Shown one piece after another: positions 50,539-57,196 of a stretch of 57,196 nucleotides of DNA (the stretch's first letter is position 1; each line of letters begins with the position of its first letter). The notes beneath the pieces are model-generated. The model saw only the letters and a list, made by a program, of their open reading frames with translations, did no database searches and was not told the DNA's origin. Location: assembly GCA_947168005.1 (NCBI GenBank), contig CAMVKI010000001.1:1-57196 (forward strand), written 5' to 3'. The stretch comes from an uncultured Clostridia bacterium (GTDB lineage: Bacteria; Bacillota; Clostridia; Oscillospirales; Oscillospiraceae). Both the position numbers and the translations under genes were made by a program.

Positions 50539-52644
50539 TCAGCCGCGTTCTGCCAGATAGATCTCCACCCGGTTCTGGATGCGGCGGGCGCATTCCTCGG
50601 CGGTGACGTCGCCGTTGAAATAGGGCTGGGCCTCTTCCAGGATGACGGATTCGAGTTCGGTGGTGGTCGCGGAAAGGAAATGATCGGCCTGCTCCAACAG
50701 GGTCATCCAATCGGAAAGGTCCCGGGAGATATTCGGATCCGTCATGGCGTCCCCGTAGAGGGAAAGGTGCTTCTCGATCAAGGCGCGGCAGTGGTCCTCC
50801 TGGACCGGCCACCGAGCGTCGTAGATCTCCCGGTTGGTCACGGGCTCGTCATACCATTCAGTCTCGGAGAACAGGAATTCAAAGAAGGCCTTCGCGCCGG
50901 ACAGCCCGTCTCCGTCCACCATGGCGTAGAAGCTGCCCACATGCATGGACAGGCCGCTGTGATCCGCCGACGGGAAGGGGAAGAGGACCTTGGCCTTCTT
51001 TCCGGTCTCGGGATCGTCCCGGACCTTCATGCCGTAGGTGTTTTCCTGGACTTGGTCATTGACCGTAAAATAGCCGATCCCGGCGTTGTAGTATCCGTTA
51101 CGGTTGGCGTTAGCCTCGTCCTGACTGTCCTCGAAGCGATCCGCGAAACGAAGCAGGGTCAGGAAGGAGGCGTCGGTAAAGTACGCGGTGCGATTTTCCC
51201 AGTCGATCCAGCTGTCGGAACACTGGGACACGGCCCAGCGGAAGATGTTTTCCTTGGTGTCGCATTCCCAGCTCTCGGGGCAGGCCCGGTCGATCAGGGC
51301 GGCGAGCCGATCCAGATCGCGCAGGTCCGCCGGGTCCGTCACGGCTGCGGCAGGAATGGAGCAGCAGCTCAGGTACCGGATCTCCCGGGGCAGACAATAG
51401 CAGACGCCCCTGTCCGAACAGGCGGCGACCACCTTGGGCAGGATCCGGTCCGTGACGGCGCTGTCGATGGGGGCCAGCAGACCCTTGGAGGCGTAGTTGT
51501 GCAGGAGCTCCGCATCCTTGAGATAGAGAAGGTCCAGCTCCCCGTTCAGCAGGGCGAGGTTCAGGGTCTCCGGGTCGGAGAAGCTGCGGGTGTTGATCCG
51601 CCATCCGGTCCCGGCCCGGTTGAAGGCCGTGATATCCTCGGTGCAGCGATAGTCCTCTAAGAGATAGCCCATGGTCAGGGTCTGACCTCCGGCGCGGCGG
51701 GGGTCCACGTGGAGCACGCAGTCCGGCTCCACCGCCAGGAAGCTCCCGTCCGGGCAGGCCAGCAGCCGCTTCAGAACGGAGAAGGAGCAGTCCACTCCCA
51801 GGGCTCCTAGGTCGCAGACCTCCTCGCAGCTCAGGCCGTCGGTCTTGAATAGCTTGGAGCCGGCAAGCAGCCAGGCCCCGTCCCCGTACCAGCAGGCTTG
51901 GAAGGCGTCTGCGGGGAGGGCGACGGTCTGTTCCGGCAGGCTCAGCTTCTCCGTGTCAGGATCAACGGGACAGAGCCAGCGTCCGGCGGAGCCGCCGTCG
52001 CCCCAGCCCGAGAGCAGGGCATACATCTGATCCCCGGCCCGGACGACGCAGTTCACGTTGTAGCGGACGCCGCCGGTCTGGGGCAGCTCGATCTCCCGCT
52101 GGCCGATCCAGAGCCGGAAGTCGTGGACGGTGTAGAGGGTCCCGTCCTCCCATGCCAGCTGGCCGAGGCTCAGCATCTCTCCCACCCGTACCCAGGGTTC
52201 GCCGTCCCGGAAAACCCAGACTCCCTGGGGCTCCGAACTGTCGCTGAGGACCCAGAGGCTGCCGTCGGCCCGGAGGACGGCAGTGGGATCATAATCGTCC
52301 ACGCGCTCGGAGTTTACGGGCTCCAGCTTTTCGTTGAGCGCGGTCAGGAAGGTCCCGTAGCGCTCTCCCTCGGCGGGTTCCAACGGATCGCCCTCCCAGG
52401 CCAGCAGCCAGCCCTCCTCCGTGGAGCAGAGATCCAGCATCGTCCGGCCCTCCAGCTCGAACACGTCGGGCAGCCCGCTCTCCGGGGCCTGGGTCTCGCT
52501 GCTCTGGCCCCCCATGGTCACCACGGGGCCGGAGCCGTCGGCAGGGGCGGTACTGCGTTCGCTTTCTTTCGTCTCGCCGCCGCAGCCTGTCAGAAGCAGC
52601 AAAGCGGCGAGGAGGAACGCAAAGAATCTGGTCTGATTTTTCAT
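50539..52644 (-). CDS. lipoprotein: N-terminal beta-rich domain fused to an extracellular solute-binding domain (paralogue 2)
   Basis: Lipobox LLLTGCG. 701 aa. Collinear with 47286..49346. Confidence 0.65.
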   Translation of the reverse strand: MKNQTRFFAFLLAALLLLTGCGGETKESERSTAPADGSGPVVTMGGQSSETQAPESGLPDVFELEGRTMLDLCSTEEGWLLAWEGDPLEPAEGERYGTFLTALNEKLEPVNSERVDDYDPTAVLRADGSLWVLSDSSEPQGVWVFRDGEPWVRVGEMLSLGQLAWEDGTLYTVHDFRLWIGQREIELPQTGGVRYNVNCVVRAGDQMYALLSGWGDGGSAGRWLCPVDPDTEKLSLPEQTVALPADAFQACWYGDGAWLLAGSKLFKTDGLSCEEVCDLGALGVDCSFSVLKRLLACPDGSFLAVEPDCVLHVDPRRAGGQTLTMGYLLEDYRCTEDITAFNRAGTGWRINTRSFSDPETLNLALLNGELDLLYLKDAELLHNYASKGLLAPIDSAVTDRILPKVVAACSDRGVCYCLPREIRYLSCCSIPAAAVTDPADLRDLDRLAALIDRACPESWECDTKENIFRWAVSQCSDSWIDWENRTAYFTDASFLTLLRFADRFEDSQDEANANRNGYYNAGIGYFTVNDQVQENTYGMKVRDDPETGKKAKVLFPFPSADHSGLSMHVGSFYAMVDGDGLSGAKAFFEFLFSETEWYDEPVTNREIYDARWPVQEDHCRALIEKHLSLYGDAMTDPNISRDLSDWMTLLEQADHFLSATTTELESVILEEAQPYFNGDVTAEECARRIQNRVEIYLAERG

Positions 52645-52667
52645 AATGTCTCCTCTCGGTTCTTGTA

Positions 52668-53930
52668 TCAGCCCATGGCCAGGCCGTGAAATTCGATTGG
52701 CGCATCCTGGATCACGACAACAGGCACGGGCTCAAGCAGGGCCGCGATCTGCTCCAGCTCGCCGGGGTGCAGCTCCGTTTCTTTTTGACTTGCCCGGATC
52801 TCCACCTCGCAGCCCAGGTCCTCGTACCAGATCACCAGGATCGTGCTGGGCGGGCCCTGGGTCTTCAGGTTGTAGTCGATATAGTTGATATTCCGATACC
52901 AGCGGGCTTCATGGCCGTCGATCTCCCCGGTTTTGATCAGGGTCGCGCTCTGGGATCGGGTGTAATCGAAGCGTTCTCCCCGGACGGAAATGTTCAGGCT
53001 GGAGCCGTCGGTTCTGGAGAGGATCTGGTCCGCCCAGAGCCCTGTCAGGTCCTGGGTTGGGTCAGCCAGGGTCGCGTTCAGCAGATCCTCGGAGAGGGGC
53101 ACACTGTCCCAATAGCGGAGGCCCTCCGGCAGCTCCACCCTGCCCAGACCGAAAACGGTTTTCGTGTCGCTCCGCCGGATGGGGACGCCGGTGTCCACCA
53201 GGCGCAGATGGGCGGCGGCCTCCTCGCAGCGGGCGAAGTCCCGGCTGGAGCTGACGACCAGGGTGCAGCCCAGGGCGGCGTCCCGGCAGAACAGGTGCCA
53301 GGTGTCCCCCAGGCCCGGCTCCACAATCCGCAGCCAGGCCACGTCCAGCCCGTTCAGGCTCCCCTCCTTGACCAGCTCTGTCTCGTAGCGGGTGAAATAG
53401 CTCCGGTAGCCGACGCCCGTGCGGTCCAGCATTTCCACGCAGAGCAGTTCCCCGTCGGGCGCGGCGGCAAAGTAGCGCTGATACACGGCCTCCGCGTTGT
53501 CCGAAAGCGCTGCGTTCTGCGCGAGGCCGTGGTAATCCAGCCAGCTTTGCATGGAATTGGTGCCGCGGGTGTCCGCGCCGGGGATGGAAAAATCGTCCAT
53601 GGTAAAGCCAACGTAGGTCCCCTGACCCGGATCGTCGATTTCAATTCCGGCCTGTGGCTTCGGCGGATCGGTGGGCTGGACCGGTCCGTCCACCTCTTTT
53701 TGGGGGCGCTCCGTGAGGGTCGGCTCTTGGGTCAGGCGGAACCAGTGCGAGACCGCGTAAACCGTACCGCCCAGCAACAGAATGACCACGGCGGCTACGG
53801 CGATCAGCGCACTGAGCCGGATCGATACTCTGCGCTTTGGGTGCTCTTTTGGGATCTCCAATAAACGATCGACAGCCTCTTTGGAAGGCTGGATCTTGGA
53901 AAATGCTGCGCGATATTGTTCTTTTGTCAT
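52668..53930 (-). CDS. putative anti-sigma factor with a large extracytoplasmic domain
   Basis: Lies directly after the ECF sigma gene (1-nt gap). Short cytoplasmic N-terminus, TM helix LSALIAVAAVVILLLGGTVYAV, and an ectodomain of about 350 aa. Confidence 0.55.
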   Translation of the reverse strand: MTKEQYRAAFSKIQPSKEAVDRLLEIPKEHPKRRVSIRLSALIAVAAVVILLLGGTVYAVSHWFRLTQEPTLTERPQKEVDGPVQPTDPPKPQAGIEIDDPGQGTYVGFTMDDFSIPGADTRGTNSMQSWLDYHGLAQNAALSDNAEAVYQRYFAAAPDGELLCVEMLDRTGVGYRSYFTRYETELVKEGSLNGLDVAWLRIVEPGLGDTWHLFCRDAALGCTLVVSSSRDFARCEEAAAHLRLVDTGVPIRRSDTKTVFGLGRVELPEGLRYWDSVPLSEDLLNATLADPTQDLTGLWADQILSRTDGSSLNISVRGERFDYTRSQSATLIKTGEIDGHEARWYRNINYIDYNLKTQGPPSTILVIWYEDLGCEVEIRASQKETELHPGELEQIAALLEPVPVVVIQDAPIEFHGLAMG

Positions 53931-53931
53931 G

Positions 53932-54411
53932 TTACTCGCCCTCCGTTAACTCAGATTTCAAGCGTTTTCGTCCCCGGACCAGCCGCATCTTGACCGACGC
54001 CTGGCTAATGTTCAGCAAATCTGCAATTTCTTTGACTGGCAGATCTTCGTAGTAGTACAAATGGATGACGGCGCGCAGGGGTTCGGGTAGACGCAAAACG
54101 GCGGAGATCAGATCAAGGTCCTCCGGTTCCGTGGCTGTTGTGCCAAGGGCCTCCAACTCCTCAATGGAGAGGGGCTCCCGAGCCCGGGCCCGCAGCAGGC
54201 TGCGACTCTCATTCACCGTCACCTTGGTCAGCCATTTGTCCAAGTGGGTCTCGTCAGTGAAGACTACAGGATGCTTCCACAGCTTGAGAAAAACCGTCTG
54301 CATCACGTCTTCCGCGTCCTGCCGCTGCCGTGTGAAGGACAGGGCCAGCAGGAAGACCCGTTGGCTGTTCCGCTTGACCGCCTCCGTATAGATTTGTTGA
54401 TCCAAAATCAC
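53932..54411 (-). CDS. ECF-type sigma-70 family RNA polymerase sigma factor
   Basis: 159 aa (GTG start). Region 2 AEDVMQTVFLKLW and region 4 HTH LPVKEIADLLNISQASVKMRLVRGRKRL. Confidence 0.8.
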   Translation of the reverse strand: MILDQQIYTEAVKRNSQRVFLLALSFTRQRQDAEDVMQTVFLKLWKHPVVFTDETHLDKWLTKVTVNESRSLLRARAREPLSIEELEALGTTATEPEDLDLISAVLRLPEPLRAVIHLYYYEDLPVKEIADLLNISQASVKMRLVRGRKRLKSELTEGE

Positions 54412-54604
54412 ACCACCTGCCTTAATATGAAAAACGACTTTGAACGACTTTGAAAAGTCCTTTCACTTATTTAACGCTTGAGCAACGAAAAAGGTAACAT
54501 CATAAAAATAGTTTTTCAGGAAATATAATAACACAACCAGGGCGGATGTAAAACCCCGCCCTGGTTAGATGATAAGCATGTTTAGTTAGTCGAATATTTG
54601 CAAA

Positions 54605-54639
54605 CAGAAAAGCCAGCCGCAATGCAACTGGCTTTTCTG
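54605..54639 (-). terminator. hairpin downstream of the island-borne tRNA-Leu
   Basis: CAGAAAAGCCAG / CTGGCTTTTCTG form a 12-bp stem. On the minus strand it is followed by TTTG, 25 nt after the tRNA CCA end. Confidence 0.45.
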
Positions 54640-54663
54640 TTGCTCTGGGGCAGCCCAGGCCAA

Positions 54664-54746
54664 TGGTGCGCCCGAGGGGACTCGAACCCCTACGCCAAGG
54701 CAATGGCTCCTAAGACCATCGTGTCTACCAATTCCACCACAGGCGC
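54664..54746 (-). tRNA. tRNA-Leu(UAG), complete, carried inside the island
   Basis: The minus strand reads GCGCCTG-TG-GTGGAATTGGTAGACAC-G-ATGGT-CTTAGGA-GCCAT-(variable arm)-AGGGGTTCGAGTCCCCT-CGGGCGC-ACCA. 83 nt, with acceptor, D, anticodon and T stems all pairing, and the anticodon loop CT-TAG-GA. Confidence 0.9.
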
Positions 54747-54809
54747 ATATTCACTCTTTCAGGGGGAATGGTGGAATAGAGAAAGGAAAAACCTTCCCGG
54801 AGGTGACAC

Positions 54810-54817
54810 AACCTAAA
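54810..54817. repeat. right copy of the 8-bp direct repeat AACCTAAA (attL/attR core)
   Basis: Identical to 4606..4613. Confidence 0.75.
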
Positions 54818-54849
54818 TCCAGCGTGTCTGCCAATTCCACCATGCCCGC
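54810..54849 (-). tRNA. 5' portion (40 nt) of the split tRNA-Leu(UAG)
   Basis: The minus strand reads GCGGGCA-TG-GTGGAATTGGCAGACAC-G-CTGGA-TTTAGGTT and then diverges (GTGTCACC...). GCGGGCA is the exact complement of TGCCCGC in the 3' part at 4563..4613. Confidence 0.85.
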
Positions 54850-54860
54850 GGGTGTGGATT

Positions 54861-54889
54861 ATCATAACACGGAAACAGGGATTTGTCAA
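54861..54889 (-). promoter_or_regulatory. promoter of the (now split) host tRNA-Leu gene
   Basis: On the minus strand: TTGACA (54889->54884), 17 nt, TATGAT (54866->54861), then 11 nt to tRNA position 1 at 54849. Confidence 0.6.
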
Positions 54890-54894
54890 TCTGG

Positions 54895-54978
54895 TTCTCT
54901 GCTGAGGCCGACGGGCAAACATTTCTCTGCTGAGGCCGACGGGCAAACATTTCTCTGCTGAGGCCGACGGGCAAAAAA
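54895..54978. repeat. tandem direct repeat, 28 bp x 3
   Basis: TTCTCTGCTGAGGCCGACGGGCAAACAT at 54895-54922 and 54923-54950 (identical). The third copy (54951-54978) ends in AAA and runs into the fruA terminator. Confidence 0.9.
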
Positions 54979-55006
54979 CTCCGCGCCGCGGGGAGGCGGC
55001 GCGGAG
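54973..55006 (-). terminator. intrinsic terminator of fruA
   Basis: On the minus strand: CTCCGCGCCGCC-tccc-CGCGGCGCGGAG followed by TTTTTT, 36 nt after the fruA stop. Confidence 0.8.
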
Positions 55007-55041
55007 TGGGGCTGTTGGGATGCTGCGAAGCGGTCAGGCGA

Positions 55042-57024
55042 TCAGCGCTTGTTCTTCTTCAGCAGGCTCAGCAGGAGGGCGCCGACCACGGAGCCGATCA
55101 GCAGAGCCACGATGTACATCAGCGGCTTGCCCACAGTGGGGAAGACGAAGACGCCGCCGTGAGGCGCACGGAGGGTGCAGCCGAAGGCCATGGACAGCGC
55201 GCCGGCCACGCCGGAGCCCACGATGCAGGAGGGGATCACGCGGATGGGGTCCGCTGCGGCGTAGGGAATGGCGCCTTCGGAGATGAAGCACAGGCCCATG
55301 ATGTAGTTCACGAAGCCGTTGTTCCGCTCCTCCTTAGTCCACTTCTTGGGGAAGAAGGTGGTGGACAGGGCGATGACGATGGGAGGCACCATGCCGCCGA
55401 CCATGACGGCCGCCATGATCATCCAGCCGGTGGGATCCTCGTTGGTAGCGGTGGACAGGGCGCCGGTGCCGAAGAGATAGGCCGCCTTGTTGATGGGGCC
55501 GCCCATATCCACGGACATCATGCCGCCTACGACGATGCCCAGCAGGATCTTGGAAGCGCCGCCCATGGAGTTCAGCAGGTTGGTAATCCAGGTGTTGAGC
55601 GCACCCATAATCGGGTTAATCAACAGCATGAACAGGCCCACAAGCAGGGAACCACAGAGGGGATAAATCAACATCGGACGGATGCCGTCGATGGCTCTCG
55701 GGAACTTCGAGGTGATCTTCTTCAACAGCAAAACCAGATAGCCTGCCACAAAGCCGGCCAGCAGAGCCGCCAGGAAGCCGCCGGAGACGGAGAGCTTGGC
55801 CATTTCCGCGGCGCCTGCGTCAGGATCGCCCTGCTGGATGAGCGTGACCAGAGCTTTAATCGCCTTGAAGGACAGGCCGGAGGAGGCCAGCGCGCCGCCG
55901 ACGAAGCCGGGGGCCAGGCCCGGACGGTCCGCGATGGACATGGCGATATAGCCGGCCAGCACAGGAAGCATAAAGCCAAAGGCAGCTTCGCCGATCTTCT
56001 TCAGAACCGCCGCCAGCATGGTGTTGGTGCCGAAGGTGCTGGCACTGATGGCGTAGTCGTCGAAGAGGAAGGCCAGGGCGATCAGGATGCCGCCGCCCAC
56101 CACAAAGGGAAGCATGTGGGAGACGCCGTTCATCAGGTGCTTATAGATGGAGCTGCCGAAGCTCTGATTGCCCAGAGAGCCCTCGGGAGCGCCGCCGGCG
56201 TTCTTGGAGTGGAAGACGGGAGCTTTGCCCTCGGTGACCTTCTTGATCAGCTCCTCGGGCTTGTGGATGCCGTCGGCGACCCGGGTGATGACCACGGGCT
56301 TGCCGTCGAAGCGGTCCATCTCCACGTTCTTGTCCGCCGCGATGATGATGCCGTCACAGGCGGCAATCTCTTCCTTGGTCAGGACGTTCTTGGCGCCGTC
56401 GGAGCCGTTGGTCTCGACCTTGATGGGAATGCCCAGGTTCAGGCCGGCCTTCTGGAGGTTCTCGGCGGCCATATAGGTGTGGGCGATGCCGGTGGGGCAG
56501 GCGGTGACCGCCAGAACCTTAAAGCCGTTGGCGCCGATCTTCTCCTCGGTGAAGCTCTTGTTGCCGAAGTTGGCCTGCTCGGCCTGGTCGATGAGGGCCA
56601 GCAGCTCCTCCTCGGATTTGGCCTTGCGGAGCTTCTCCACAAAGTCCTCGTCGGCCAGCAGGGTCATCATGCGGGCCAGGATGTCCACGTGGAGGCTGCC
56701 GTTCATGGGGGCCGCGATCATGACGAAGAGGTCGGACTTGTCGTCGTCGTCCTCATTGTACAGAATGGGCTCCGCAGTGCGGACCAGGGCCAGGCTGGGC
56801 CGGGTGACCACGTCGGTCTTGGCGTGGGGGACGACGATGCCGTTGCCGACGTAGGTGGAGAATTCCTCCTCGCGGGCGTAGATCGCCTTCTTATAGGCGG
56901 CCTTGTCGGTGATGTTGCCGTGGGTGACCTGGAGATCGACCAGCTTGTCGATGACCTGGGCCTTGTTCGCGGCCTTCACATTGACGGCAGTCGCCTGTCT
57001 GGAAAACAGTTCGATGAGTCTCAT
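55042..57024 (-). CDS. fruA: PTS fructose-family transporter, fused EIIA-EIIB-EIIC
   Basis: 660 aa. N-terminal EIIA type 2 (GNGIVVPHAKTD), EIIB with KVLAVTACPTGIAHTYMAAE, and a C-terminal polytopic EIIC. Followed upstream by a pfkB-type gene end. Confidence 0.85.
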   Translation of the reverse strand: MRLIELFSRQATAVNVKAANKAQVIDKLVDLQVTHGNITDKAAYKKAIYAREEEFSTYVGNGIVVPHAKTDVVTRPSLALVRTAEPILYNEDDDDKSDLFVMIAAPMNGSLHVDILARMMTLLADEDFVEKLRKAKSEEELLALIDQAEQANFGNKSFTEEKIGANGFKVLAVTACPTGIAHTYMAAENLQKAGLNLGIPIKVETNGSDGAKNVLTKEEIAACDGIIIAADKNVEMDRFDGKPVVITRVADGIHKPEELIKKVTEGKAPVFHSKNAGGAPEGSLGNQSFGSSIYKHLMNGVSHMLPFVVGGGILIALAFLFDDYAISASTFGTNTMLAAVLKKIGEAAFGFMLPVLAGYIAMSIADRPGLAPGFVGGALASSGLSFKAIKALVTLIQQGDPDAGAAEMAKLSVSGGFLAALLAGFVAGYLVLLLKKITSKFPRAIDGIRPMLIYPLCGSLLVGLFMLLINPIMGALNTWITNLLNSMGGASKILLGIVVGGMMSVDMGGPINKAAYLFGTGALSTATNEDPTGWMIMAAVMVGGMVPPIVIALSTTFFPKKWTKEERNNGFVNYIMGLCFISEGAIPYAAADPIRVIPSCIVGSGVAGALSMAFGCTLRAPHGGVFVFPTVGKPLMYIVALLIGSVVGALLLSLLKKNKR

Positions 57025-57101
57025 TTGCTCTCTCCTTTCGGAAAATATTACAGATCATGCAGAAGCATAAAGTGTACGGAATAAGGGATCAGGGTTCTGC
57101 G

Positions 57102-57196
57102 CTACAGAGTGGACAAAAGCTGCTCGATCAGGGGCTTCTCGGCCAGGCCGATGGAGAAGGCCGTGGCGGAGCCCGTGGCGGTGCCGAGCTTCAGGG
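57102..57196 (-). CDS. fruK: 3' end of a 1-phosphofructokinase (pfkB family), truncated by the window edge
   Basis: Minus-strand translation ...LKLGTATGSATAFSIGLAEKPLIEQLLSTL*, a typical C-terminus of PfkB/FruK kinases located upstream of fruA. Confidence 0.55.
   Translation of the reverse strand, partial: LKLGTATGSATAFSIGLAEKPLIEQLLSTL

Larger units (their letters stand above)
4606..54817. mobile_element. integrated genomic island of about 50.2 kb in tRNA-Leu(UAG), serine-recombinase type (SCC-like cassette)
   Basis: Bounded by the two halves of one tRNA gene and the 8-bp direct repeat. When joined, the inner ends form a 36-bp near-palindrome. The island carries two large serine recombinases, replication-type genes and mosaic cargo. 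Confidence 0.6.

Noticed and set aside
54433-54452. The tandem 10-mer AACGACTTTG x2 just upstream of the ECF sigma gene, as a possible autoregulated ECF promoter
   Set aside because: It lies about 22 nt from the GTG start, which is too close for a -35/-10 pair plus leader. It does not match the GGAAC / CGT-type ECF pattern convincingly.
4606-54817. The island as a possible prophage or conjugative element
   Set aside because: No capsid, portal, terminase, tail or lysis genes were recognised, and no relaxase, coupling protein or type IV secretion genes. A non-self-transmissible cassette fits better.
54760-54849. The tRNA 5' fragment plus the following island sequence, which ends in ...ATTCCACCA, as a possible hybrid functional tRNA
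   Set aside because: The 3' side (TCTATTCC-ACCA) cannot pair with the GCGGGCA acceptor strand, and there is no T-arm (GGAAGGTTTTTCCTTTC lacks the TPsiC consensus). The 10-bp complementarity ATGGTGGAAT / ATTCCACCAT is noted but left unexplained.
54895-54978. The 28-bp repeats as a possible CRISPR array
   Set aside because: The copies abut one another with no spacers, there are only three of them, and no cas genes or leader are present.
55006-57084. A 692-aa plus-strand ORF covering the whole fruA locus
   Set aside because: It is antisense to a well-supported PTS gene. The translation is low-complexity (G/A/D/H/Q-rich) with no motif or RBS. This is a typical shadow ORF of a GC-rich gene.

Overview
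This is a 57.2-kb window from a GC-rich, Clostridia-type Firmicutes chromosome. That origin is inferred from gene content, AGGAGG-type ribosome-binding sites and REP-like hairpins. The outer flanks look like core genome. On the left are a membrane protein, two tandem radical-SAM paralogues and a nitroreductase, next to a divergent TetR regulator. On the right are a terminator, the fructose PTS gene fruA and the 3' end of fruK.

The main observation is a minus-strand tRNA-Leu(UAG) gene split in its anticodon loop. Its 5' part lies at 54849->54810 and its 3' part at 4613->4563. The same 8 bp (AACCTAAA) sits at both junctions, which delimits a 50,204-bp integrated island.

The island contains:
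- A left-hand replication/recombination module: a DUF4143 AAA ATPase, a 998-aa eukaryotic-type RdRP / YonO-like two-barrel polymerase with a DYDGD motif and a translationally coupled 287-aa partner, a divergent DUF927/Cch-like P-loop protein, an RHH protein and two tandem large serine recombinases. The layout resembles an SCC ccr complex.
- Mosaic cargo: a Bce-like two-component system with an ABC transporter and a surface protein, BlaI plus a sensor-less M56 protease, an ECF sigma/anti-sigma/serpin operon, many membrane proteins with XRE and MerR membrane regulators, an AT-richer cluster of small immunity-like genes (including a duplicated gene, one copy frameshifted), a VanY peptidase, and a long ECF-sigma-headed operon with duplicated sensor/binding-protein modules, sugar-type permeases and a HlyD adaptor.
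- Its own complete tRNA-Leu(UAG), 63 nt downstream of the truncated host tRNA and the host tRNA's intact promoter.

I saw no rRNA, CRISPR array, phage structural genes, relaxase or conjugation genes. All assignments rest on reading motifs by eye; no searches were run.
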